Made by a program: the position numbers and the translations under genes. A stretch of 64,000 bases of DNA, taken from positions 6,014,001 to 6,078,000 of the forward strand of contig NC_043026.1 of assembly GCF_006345805.1 (NCBI RefSeq), written 5' to 3'. Below are positions 36,054-48,500 of this stretch, one piece after another. The notes below the pieces were generated by a model, which searched no databases, was not told the DNA's origin, and saw only the letters and a program-made list of their open reading frames with translations. This DNA is from Octopus sinensis (lineage: Eukaryota). The stretch's first letter is position 1; each line of letters begins with the position of its first letter.

Positions 36054-37477
36054 AATATTAATTTAAAATATCCTCATTATCATTATTATTATTATTATTA
36101 TATTATTATTATTATTGAGTTCAAATGCCACCAATGTCAACTTTGTCTTTCATCCTTTTGGGGTTGATAAAATATGTACCAGTTATACACTAGGGTTGAT
36201 GTAATCAATGTACCACCTCCCCTGAACTTGCAGGCCTTGTGCCAAAATTCGAAACCATTATTATTATTATTATTATTAAAAAAGCAGTGAGCTGGCTGAA
36301 TCATTAGCATGCTGGACAGAATGCTTTCTGTTCATCTCTACGTTCTGAGTTCAAATTCTGCCGAGGTTGACTTTGCCTTCATCGTTTTGGGGACAGTTAT
36401 ATTAAAGTGCCAATTGTTCCCTAGAGTTCATTGTAATCAACTTACTCCCTCTCTAAAATTGTCAGGCTTTTGCCAAAATTTCAATTTATCATTATTATTA
36501 TTATTTAAGATGTCTCTTGCTTCAGTTATTTGATTGTGGCCATGCTGGAGCACAGCCTTTAGTCGGGCAAATTGACTCCAGGACTTATTCTTTGTAAGCC
36601 TAGTACTTATTCTATCGGTATCTTTTGCCGAACAGCTAAGCTGTGGGGATGTAAACACACCACCATTGGTTGTCAAGCTATGTTGCAGGGGACAAACATA
36701 TACACACACATACATATATATGACGGGCTTCTTTCAGTTTCCATCTACCAAATCCACTCAAGGCTTTTGGTCAGCCCGAGGCTATAGTAGAAGACACTTG
36801 CCCAAGGTGCCACGCAGTGGGACTGAACCCAGGACCATGTGGTTGATAAGCAAGCTACTTACCACACAGCCACTCCTATGCCTTTGGTGACCAGAGGTGC
36901 ACATATCGTCAGCCACTAAGGGACATGGTCAACTGGTTAGGTGGAAATGTTAGCATGCTGGGCGAAAAGCTCAACAGCATTTTGTCTGTCTTTGTTCTGA
37001 GTTCAAATTCCACTGAGGTCGACATTGCCTTTTGTCCTTTCGGGGTCGATAAAATAAGTACCAGTTTAACACTGGGGTCGATGTAGTTGGCTCATCCCCT
37101 TGTGGTAGAAATTAAAACCATTATTATCATTGTATATTTAAGAGATGAGGAGTTATGTACATTATTTATATTTGACGGATATTTGGGGAAATTTCGAACC
37201 TGGGTTCTCATTCCTAAGGTATTTTTTGATATTATTATTATTATTCAGGTCGCTGCCTGGAATTGAACTCGGAACTATGGGGTTAGTAGCCCGCGCTCAC
37301 AACCACTACACCATAGAAACAAGATGAGGAGTTATGTACATTATTTATATTTGACGGATATTTGTCCTCATCTTGTTTGTATGGTGTAGTGGTTGAGAGC
37401 ACGGGCTACTAACCCCCAAGGTTCCGAGTTCAATTCCAGGCATGAGAATGAGAACCCAGGTTCGAAATTTCCCCCAA

Positions 37478-37523
37478 GACACCTGATGAAGGCTGGAGGG
37501 TATATCAGCTGAAACGTTGTGTT
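37478..37523 (+). ncRNA. Minimal type-I hammerhead ribozyme motif (Penelope-like element type)
   Basis: GACAC-CTGATGA-A-GGCTG...CAGCT-GAAAC-GTT^-GTGTT: stem I GACAC/GTGTT, stem II GGCTG/CAGCT, palindromic ACGT stem III. Confidence 0.7.
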
Positions 37524-37806
37524 AACAACAAACAAGATGAGGACAAATATCCATCAAATGTAAATAATGTAAATAATGCATTATCATCATTATTGTCATT
37601 GAGGTTGAAAGCTGGCAGCATCGTTAGCACACTGGACGAAATTCTTAGTGGTATTTCGTCCATCACTATGTTCAAATTCTACCGAGGTCGACTTTGCCTT
37701 TCATCCTTTCGGGGTCGATAAATTAAATACCAGTTGCATCCTGGGGTCGATGTAATCAACTAGTCTCCCCCATACAATTTCGGGCTTTGTGCCCTTAGCA
37801 GAAAGG

Positions 37807-37858
<52 letters not shown>

Positions 37859-37970
37859 TATTATTATTAAGGTGGTTGGCTGGCAGAATCGTTAGCACAC
37901 TGGACGAAATTCTTAGTGGTATTTCGTCCACCACTATGTTCTGAGTTCAAATTCCGCCGAGGTCGACTTT

Positions 37971-38150
37971 AAAGTGATGGCATGTTGTCAACTTAATGTG
38001 ACGGTCCCATGAAAGGGAAGAATGCTACTGTTATTTAGCCCTAGGTAACACCGCTTCCCTTTGGACCCGGTGTTTCCTAGGGCTGAATAACAGTAGTATT
38101 CTTCCCTTTCGTGGGACTCTCACATCAAGTTGACAACATACCATCCCTTT
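37971..38150. mobile_element. Hairpin MITE (83-bp arms, 14-nt loop), possible TA TSD
   Basis: Arms AAAGTGATGG...AACACCG and CGGTGTT...CCATCCCTTT, with about 9 mismatches. Confidence 0.7.
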
Positions 38151-40221
38151 ATTGTGCTGCTACTGTATAAATCTCTCTGAGGGATTTAGAAATATAATTA
38201 TTTTGAGGTCGACTTTGCCTTTCCTTCTTCCAGGGGTCGATAAATCAAGTACCAGTTACTCACTGGGGTCAATGTAATTAACTTAATCTCTTCCCCCAAA
38301 TTTGAGGCTTTAAAACCTATAGTAGAAAGAATTATTTTTATTGTTGATAAAGATGGCAACCTGGCAGAATCGTTAGCGTGTCAAACAAAGTGTTCGTGAG
38401 TTCAATTTCTACCGCAGTCAGTTAGTCACCTTTCTGTTTCAAATCTTTTTTTTTTGGTATCAGTCAATAAAATTAGTACCCGCTGCACACTGGGGTTGAT
38501 GTAATCGACTTACTCCCCTCACTCCTCAATAATTCCAGGCTTTGTGCTTATAGTAGAAAGAATTATTATTATTGAGTGAGAGAGCAGTTCATGCCATCAA
38601 AGTGACACTGGGCTAAAACATACAAAGCCCAGTATACCCATTATTACTACCTGTCTGATAAGGGTACACCAGGCACATGCATCACAACCATATGTTCGTG
38701 ACATGGTGATCTCATATCAAGATAAACAGCACATGACCTTGCAGGTGGGGCCCAGTTAGAATTTTCTTCAGTTTGAGTAACCCATCCCGCTCAAAAAGGT
38801 CCCTGAATAAGGGTTATTTAAGAGGTGAATTATCCAAACCCCAAAGAATCCCTCTCAACACATGGCTATGATACTCCCCCATTATTATTGAGATTATATG
38901 AATGGTTCAAGTGAATATCACACACAGTTTCTGCTGGTACAAGTTATTTAGCGTTGTACTTTACAGAGTTTGCTAGTGAAGGGGATGCCGTGTATTGAGT
39001 ACTATATTTTCTGTAAATTTCTAAACCTGTCTGATCTACGCTGCTGTAAATACAAGATAAAATGTGTAGCTTTATGTTAGCATACTTGCTGGTTCTGTTT
39101 TATGTACATTTTTCTATACCAGCAAGGGTTGGCAGAGTCCAAATGTGTATATAAAATGTATATATAATATGTGTATATATGTATGTATATATATAGTGTA
39201 CATATGTATATAATATGTATATGTATGTATCCTGTGTATACATATGTATATATAGTATGTATATGTGTATATACTATATATATGTATATTTATATATAGT
39301 ATGTGTATATATGTATATTTATATATAGTATGTGTATATATGTATGTATATATAGTATATATATATGTATATATATATAGTATTTATGTATATATATGTA
39401 TGTGATATATATATATATATATATACATAGAGGCTTATTGGAGTGGAAGTATGTGTATATATGTGTGTGTGAGTGTATATATTTATTAAACTTTTACAGG
39501 GTAAAAGTTGACAGTGACTTCGAAGTATCGACTTGCTAGCCTTTGTCAGACGCAAGGAATTCGACCCACACTTCCCAATCCCTATCAACCGTTTCCTTGT
39601 AAAAGTTTAAAGAACGGGCATTCTCCTAAAATGTATTAAATCCTTCAACTTAATGTTCAATCGTCCTTGTATATAGCTTTACATCAAAATATACATACAT
39701 GCATATATATATATATATATATACATACATGCATATATATATATATGTATATATAGCAGATATGCTTGTTTATATATGTCTTTATAAATATGTGGACACA
39801 TGCTTATGTGTGTGTATGTATATATATATATATATAATAAAGGTAATTAACCTCATTAAGAGATCATAAATCCAATGAAAATACTGGTTAATCACCAATC
39901 TTTAACAAGTTCAACTATAAGGTAACCGTATAAACCATGGGTCATATATTTATATTGAAAGAATGAGAAAATGGAAATCTTATGGTTTTAATTTTAGAAA
40001 TTAATTTATGAAATTAATTATCTAAAGATTTCTGAATCGAAACAGCTGTCAGAGATGTCATATTTTATAATTAATGATTTTATTAATCACCTCTCCATTT
40101 TCTCATTATATATATGTATATAGACATATACACATACATGTGTGTGTGTGTATGTATATATATATATAGTATATATATATATATATATGTATATATATGT
40201 ATATAGACATATACACATGCA

Positions 40222-40255
<34 letters not shown>

Positions 40256-40400
40256 CTTATGTGTATATGTATGTATATATATATATATACACAGATGTTT
40301 GTGTGTGTGTGTATGTATATATATATATATTATATATATATATACATATGTGTATATGTATGTATATATATGTATATATATATATATATGTATATATATG

Positions 40401-40431
<31 letters not shown>

Positions 40432-41244
40432 TATATATGTATATATATATACATATGTATATGTATGTTATATAATGTATGTATATATAGTATTTATGTA
40501 TATATATGTGTGTGTATATATATATATATATACATGCGTGTATATATCTACATATGTTTGTGTATATATGTATATACACGTATAAATGTTGAAATTATGT
40601 ATTTTCATGGTGGTGCCCCAGCATGGCCACAACTTTAGGGCTGAGCCATTTATTGTATATATATATGTTCATGTATCTGTACACATTTGGGTGTGTGTAT
40701 ATATATGAACATGCTTATATGTGTGAGTGTAAACATGTTTGTACATATGTATATATTCTTTATGTATGAAAAAAATATTGTCACACAAAAGCTTATGTTC
40801 TTGTTTCAAGTACTTATAGATTTAAACGAACTTATCCGAGTTCAAATTCTGCCAAGGTCGTTTTTTGCCTTTCATCCCTTCAGGGTTGATAAAATACCAT
40901 TTCTAGACCGGGGGGTGGAGAGGTGCCAATGTAAATCAACCGATTTGCCCCCTCCACCTGAAATTGCAGGCCCTGTGCCAAAATTTTGAAACCATTATTT
41001 TTTTTTTTTTTTCTTAGATTTTCTACTTTTTCTGTGTATTTAGCATTTAATAGTACAAAACAGTGTGACTTTTACTCATGCCAAATGATAAGAGGGCGCA
41101 GGGCGGCCCCAACACAGCATTCTCTGCTCCCTCGCAAAAACATAAACCAAAAGTTTAAAAAAAGAATGTCACAAACAACACAAATCTTTTCAATTAATGA
41201 AATGACTTCGTTAAAGACTTTCTGGATCTGTGTGCCATAAACTG

Positions 41245-41256
41245 ATGGCGGCGGAG
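41245..41256 (+). CDS. WDR61: Candidate start micro-exon of WDR61 (MAAE)
   Basis: ATGGCGGCGGAG|GT supplies exactly 4 phase-0 codons and lies just after a GC-rich stretch (41094-41133). The donor GTGGTG is weak. Confidence 0.25.
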
Positions 41257-42112
41257 GTGGTGTCACAATAAAAGCAAAGTTAGTTTATGAATAAAAAGAA
41301 TTTTTTAGAAATTGTTTTCGAGATTTTTTATTATTATTATTATTATTATTGTTATATGTTATTGTTATTATTATTATTATTATTTGATTTTTGTTGTATA
41401 TCTATCAGTCTGTGTATGTATGTATCTATCTATCTTGGTTGAGGTATTCTTCAAGATGGAGATGAGTACCATCGTCCCAATATGGTAGGCTTGATAATTG
41501 CTGAGGATTCTTGGCATGAAACTATTGGTAGTCTTGGCATGAAACCATTGGTAGTCATATATATATATATGAGACAAGCAGATAGATAAATATATTTGAG
41601 AATTCCAAGACAAGCTGATTTTGAGGTAGTGTTGCAGATAAATGCAATTAAGTTTCATGCATACATATCTATCTCTCTGTCCATCCATCTATCTATCTAC
41701 ATACACACATATATATATATATGGGTATATATATAAGAGAACAAAGTGTATGTATGCTGCTATATATATAAAATACAAAATGAGACAAGAATGCAAAACA
41801 TCCGGACAACTAGGTGATACAAAAAGGGACAACAAAACGACCAGATAGACAATACAAAAAAACAAGGACAGGTCATTCAAAGCTTTCTATCCTCAGTCAA
41901 GAACCAGATCATCCTCGCAATTTCGGCTGATTAATCTATATATATAAGCACAGGTGTAGCTGTGTGGTAAGTAGCTTGCTTACCAACGACATGGGTCTGG
42001 GTTCAGTCCCATTGCATGGCACCTTTGGCAAGTGTCTTCTACTGTAGCTTCAGGCTGACTAAAGCCTTGTGAGTGGATTTGGTAGATGGAAACTGAAAGA
42101 AGCCCACCGTGC

Positions 42113-42151
<39 letters not shown>

Positions 42152-42293
42152 CAAAATAAGAAAATGGAGAAATACATCTAAATCATTTATCAACTACCAT
42201 TTATGTATTAACTTTGTTGGGTACTTCACTAGCAGTATATTGGATATATGTTATCCCATGGAGGGTTGAACTTGCAACCCCTATCTCAATTTG

Positions 42294-42333
<40 letters not shown>

Positions 42334-42513
42334 TATATATATAAATATATATATATATGGAGTGCTACAATATCATGCCTCATTGTCTCTCTCTCACTCT
42401 CTCTCTGCCAAACTTAATTGTATATAGATATATATATATGTATGCATATATACTTATTAACACTACTACTTATATTATATATATTTTTATTTTTTCATTT
42501 TTCAAATTTCTAG

Positions 42514-45500
42514 TATTCAACTCTTATGAAAAATGAGCAAGGTAAGTGCTTCAGCCCTTTTATGGTTCCTCACCCCTCTGCGGTCACCTGTAACCCCTTC
42601 ATATAAATCATGTCAGTTTCAAAGTGTCCATATTTTAATTAAACAATTTCATCACGACACCTGTGTACATACCTTTTGTTAATCTACCTACCTAACAGCA
42701 GTTTTGTATCATCATCCTCATCTGTTTTCCGTGCTGGGATGGATTGGACAGTTTGACATCATCATCATCATCGTTTAACGTCCGTTTTCCTTGCTAGCAT
42801 GGGTTGGACGGTTCAACCAGGGTCTGGGAAGCCAGGAGCTACACCAGGCTCCAGTCTGATCTCGCAGTGCTTCTACAGCTGGATGCCCTTCTTAATGCCA
42901 ACCATTCCAAGAGTGTAGTGGGTGCTTTTGCGTACCACCAGCTTGGAGGCCAGTCAAGCAGTACTGGCAACGACCTCGCTCGAATCTTTTACACATGCCA
43001 CTGGCACAAGTGCCAGTAAGGCGACGCTGGTAACGATCACGCACGAATGGTGCCTTTTATATATTTGTGTCTGTATTTGTCCCTCCACCATCGCTTGACA
43101 ACCGATGTTGGTATGTATACATTTCTGTAACCTAGCTGTTCGGTAAAAGAGACCGATAGAATAAGTACTAGGCTGACAAAGAATAAGTCCTGGGATTGAT
43201 TTGTTTGACTAAAAGGGCGGTGCTCCAGCATGGCTGCAATCAAATGACAAACAAGTAAAAGAATAAAGGGAAAACATTACATTTGACAGAGTATTCTGAA
43301 CAGTAAAAGGTTAAAGCATCTTCTGTTCTGAAGATTGAATGCTGGAGCTGACACGTTAACAAACCAAGCACCTGCAATTGAAGGATTCAGTTCAGTCTCC
43401 TGCTGCCCATCAATCATGAACTCGGCTACAAGGTACTTAAACTTCACCACTTATCTCAGTGATGTTGCTGCACTGGGGGAAATCAATTTACGCTCAGGGA
43501 AAAGGACCCAGCCTTTCATTTGCAAGGGTCTTTGTGTTCTCTCAACCAAAAAAGCAGGAGTGACTGTGTGGTAAGTAGCTTGCCTACAAACCACATGGTT
43601 CCGGGTTCAGTCCCACCGCGTGGCACCTTGGACAAGAGTCTTCTACTATAGCCTCGGGCCGACCAAAGCCTTGTGAGTGGATTTGGTAGACGGAAACTGA
43701 AAGAAGCCCGTCGTATATATATATATATATGTGTGTGTTTGTCCCCCTAGCATTGCTTGACAATCAATGCTAGTGTGTTTATGTCCCCGTCACTCAGCGG
43801 TTCGGCAAAAGAGACCGATAGAATAAGTACTGGGCTTACAAAAGAATAAGTCCCAGGATTGAGTTGCTCGATTAAAGGCGGTGCTCCAGCATGGCCGCAG
43901 TCAAATGACTGAAACAACTAAAAGAGTAAAAGAGAGAGAGTCTAGGTCCCATGGCCCGGTCTAAATATGTAAAGAAATTTACATAAAGTAACCGGCTTCC
44001 ATGCCAGTGGCACATCAAACGGCACCATTCGAGTGTGATCATTACCAGCATTGCCTTACTGGCACTTGTGCCCTGAGCTAGTAGGGTGCCAAGAGCACCA
44101 TCCGAGCGTGATCGTTGCCAGAACAGCCAACTGGCTTCTGTGCCGGTGGCACGTAAAAGGACACCATTTGCCTTACTGGCAACTGTGCCGGTGGCATGTG
44201 TAAAAAGATTCGAGCGAGGTCATTGCCAGTACTGCCTGACCGGCCCCTGTGCCAGTGGCACGTAAAAAGCACCCACTACGCTCGGAGTGGTTGGCATTAG
44301 GAAGGACATCCAGCTGTAGAAACTCTGCCAAATCAAGATTGGAGCCTGGTGCGGCCGTCTGGTTCACCAGCCCTCAGTCAAATCGTCCAACTCATGCTAG
44401 TATAGAAGGCAGATGTTAAACGATGATGATGATGATGACACTTGTAAATAAAAGGCTGGGTGCTTTTTTATGGTATTTTAACCCTTTCGTTACCAACCCG
44501 ACTGAAACCACCTCTGGCTCTGAGTACAAATGTCTTGTTTTCATAAGTTCTCAATTAAATTCTTCCACCAAACCTTAGTCACAATTTATGTTCCTAAGAC
44601 TAGCTTAATGATAGCAAAGTTATTTTACTAAATTCTTTGTTATATTTAAAATAATTGAAAGAGACACGGAGCATCTCAACAGAAATAGGGTACCAAAAGG
44701 GTTAAGAAGAAAAATAATCAGCAGAAGACATGAGAGAAGGAGACCTCAATGTGGTCGCTGTATATGCTAGAAATAATAGCCTAAATTTCCTTCAATGCAC
44801 ACCCTTCCAACTGCTTCTAATGTGCATCTGCCCAAATGTAAAGGTGTGTTTAACCCCTTTCGATACCAACCTGGCTGAAACCACCTCTGGCTCTGTCGTA
44901 CAAATGTCTTGTTTACATGGTACCAGCACCAATGGAAACAGAAAGAAGCCTGACGGGCTTTTTTTCTGTTTCCTTTGGTGCTGGTACCATGTAAACGGAA
45001 AAGCACCCAGTAGACTCCATAAAGTAGTTGGTATTAAGAGGGGCAAGTGGTGAGCTGGCAGAAACGTTAGCACGCCGGGCGAAATGCTTAGCGGTATTTC
45101 ATCTGTTTTCACGTTCTGAGTTCAAATTACACCGAGGTCGACTTTGCCTTTCATCCATTCGGGGTTGATTAAATAAGTACCAGTTACGCACTGGGGTCGA
45201 TGTAATCGACTTAATACCTATATCTGTCTTGTTTGTCCCCTCTGTGTTTAGCCCCTTGTGGTATAGAAAGAAATAGGTATTCGTCTGTCTTTACGTCTGT
45301 TCAAATTCCGCCGAGGTCGACTTGTTTTCATCCTTCAGGTTCGATTAATAAAAATACCAGTTGCGCACTGGGGTTGATGTAATCGACTAATCCTTTGTCT
45401 GTCCTTGTTTGTTCCCCTCTGTGTTTAGCCCCTTGTGGGTAGTAAAGAAATAGGTATTCGTCTGCCGCTACGTTCTGGGTTCAAATTCTCCGACCTAGCG

Positions 45501-48500
45501 CGACTTTGCCTTTCATCCATTCGGGGTTGATTAAATAAGTACCAGTTGCGCACTGGCGTTGATGTAATTGACTTAATCCCTTTGTCTGTCCTTGTTTGTC
45601 CTCTCTGTGTTTAGCCCCTTGTGGGTAGTAAAGAAATAGGTATTAAGGGGGGGCATCCAACTGCAGAAACCACACCAAAGCAGACAACAGAACCTTATAC
45701 AACCCCTGGCCCTTGCAAGTTCCTATCAAGCCGTCCAACCCATGCCAGCATGGAAAGCAGACGTTAAATGATTTCGATGCTCCATCAGATCCACTCACAA
45801 GGCATTGGTCAACCGGAGACAGGAACAGAAGAAACTTGCCCAAGGTGTCACGTTGTTAGGAAGCAAGGCTCTTGGGCCGCCACGGCCACACCTGTGCGTA
45901 TTAGGAAGGTGAATTTAGTTTTTCAGCCCCACCTGCTTGTTAGCTTCAATATTGTTATTGTTATTGTTGTTAGTACTACTTCTACAACTTAGTGGCTGGA
46001 AAACTACTATTGCCCATGGTACGACGACTATCACTACTACTACTACTACTACTGCAACTACCACCACTCGTCTTATCTCTAACATTATTGGTACTACCAC
46101 CACCACCACTACTACTACCACCACCACCACCACTACTACTACAACCACCACCACTCTACTACTACACCACCACCACCACTACTACTACCACCACCACCCG
46201 CCACTACTACTACCACTACCACCACTACTACTTACTACCACCACCACCACCACCACCACTACTACTACCACTACCACCACTACTACCACCACCACCACTA
46301 CTACTACCACCACCACTACTACAACCACCACCACTACTACTTACTACCACCACCACTACTACTACCACTACCACCACTACTACTACCCCACCACCACCAC
46401 TACTACTACCACACCACCACTATACTACCACCACCACCACTACTACTACCACCACCACCACTACTAACAACCACCACCACTACTACTTACTACCACCAAC
46501 CACCATCCACCACCCACCACTACTACTACCACTACCACCTACTACTACACTACTACCACACACATCACCACCACTACTACTACCAATACTTCTACCAGTA
46601 CTACTACTACTACCACCACCACCACTACTACTACTACCACCACCACCACCACTACTACTACCACCACCACCATCACCACTCTCTACAAACTCATCCCCTC
46701 TCCTCACATTCTCTACCCTGCTACTCATTTCCCTTTCCCTTTTACTCTACATTTGCCTTACCACACCACCACTACTACTACTACTACTGTCTCTTTCAGC
46801 ACATGATGACAGTATCTGGAGCTGTGCTTGGGGCCGGAACGAAAACGATGGAAGCGAGAACATAGTGACCGGGAGTGTTGATGATGTTGTCAAGATCTGG
46901 AGTTGGTAAGTGGGGTGTAAAGCTGTGGTTCCTACGGACCCCTGCGGTTCCTATTTTGTTCGGATGGATCCCATAACCATTCGGTGTTTGAAAAATCCTA
47001 TCTAATAAGCACAGCCATAGCTGTGGGGTAAGAAGCTGGCAGAATCGGTAGCACGCCAGACGAAATGCTTAGCGGTATTTCGTCTGCCGTTAGGTCCTGA
47101 GTTCAAATTCCGCCGAGGTCGACTTTGCCTTTCATCCTTTCGGGGTCGATAAATTAAGTACCAGTTACGCACTGGGGTCGATTATAATTGACATAATCCA
47201 TTTGTCTGTCCTTGGTTTGTCCCCCTCTTGTTTAGCCCCTTATGGGTATTAAAGAAATAGGTATTTCGTCTGGCGTTAGGTTCTGAGTTCAAATTCCGCC
47301 GAGGTCGACTTTGCCTTTCATCCTTTCGGGGTCGATAAATTAAGTACCAGTTACGCACTGGGGTCGATATAATTGACATAATCCATTTGTCTGTCCTTGT
47401 TTGTCCCCTCTGTGTTTAGCCCCTTATGGGTAGTAAAGAAATAGGTATTTCTTCTGTCGTTACGTTCTGAGTTCAAATTCCCCGAGGTCGACTTTGCCTT
47501 CATCCTTTCGGTCGATAATTAAGTACCAGTTACGCACTGGGGTCGATATAATTGACATAATCCATTTGTCTGTCCTTGTTTGTCCCCTCTGTGTTTAGCC
47601 CCTTATGGGTAGTAAAGAAATAGGTATTTCGTTTGGCGTTAGGTTCTGAGTTCAAATTCCGCTGAGGTCGACTTTGCCTTTCATCCTTTCGGGGTCAATA
47701 AATTAAGTACCAGTTACGCACCGGGGTCGATATAATTGACATAATCCATTTGTCTGTCCTTGTTTGTCCCCTCTGTGTTTAGCCCCTTATGGGTAGTAAA
47801 GAAATAGGTATTTCGTCTGGCGTTAGGTTCTGAGTTCAAATTCCGCCGAGGTCGACTTTGCCTTTCATCCTTTCGGGGTCGATAAATTAAGTACCAGTTA
47901 CGCACTGGGGTCGATATAATTGACATAATCCATTTGTCTGTCCTTGTTTGTCCCCTCTGTGTTTAGCCCCTTATGGGTAGTAAAGAAATAGGTATTTCTT
48001 CTGTCGTTACGTTCTGAGTTCAAATTCCGCTGAGGTCGACTTTGCCTTTCATCCTTTCGGGGTCGATAAATTAAGTACCAGTTACGCACTGGGGTCGATA
48101 TAATTGACATAACCCATTTGTCTGTCCTTGTTTGTCCCCTCTGTGTTTAGCCCCTTATGGGTAGTAAAGAAATAGGTATTTCATCTGTTGCTATGTTCTG
48201 AGTTCAAATTCCGCTGAGGTCGACTTTGCCTTTCATCCTTTCGGGGTCAATAAATTAAGTACCAGTTACGCACTGGGGTCGATGTAATCCGTTTGTCTGT
48301 CCTTGTTTGTCCCCTCTATGTTTAGCCATTTGTGGGCAATAAAGAAATAAGAAGCTTGCTTCCCGACCACATGATTCTGGGTTCAGTCCCACTGCGTGGC
48401 ACCTTGGGCAAGTGTCTTATGAGTGGATTTGGTTGATGGAAACTGAAAGTGGGACTGAACCCAGAACCATGAGGTTGTGAAGCAAGTTTCTTACCACACA

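Noticed and set aside
37381-37441. tRNA-like sequences here and at 62700-62757 and 62943-63000
   Set aside because: No complete acceptor stem or cloverleaf, and they continue into repeat bodies; these are SINE heads, not tRNA genes.
40711-40722. ATGCTTATATGT|GTGAGT as the WDR61 start exon
   Set aside because: It has the right length and a good donor, but sits in TA/TG microsatellite-like sequence and MLIC is unlike known N-termini. Not fully excluded.
41072-41266. 64-aa ORF on the - strand
   Set aside because: Starts at GTG, has no recognisable motif, and overlaps the probable WDR61 promoter region.
47035-48345. CRISPR-like appearance of regularly spaced repeats (also 3586-3930, 52700-53200)
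   Set aside because: The whole unit repeats with no unique spacers, the context is eukaryotic, and no cas genes are present.
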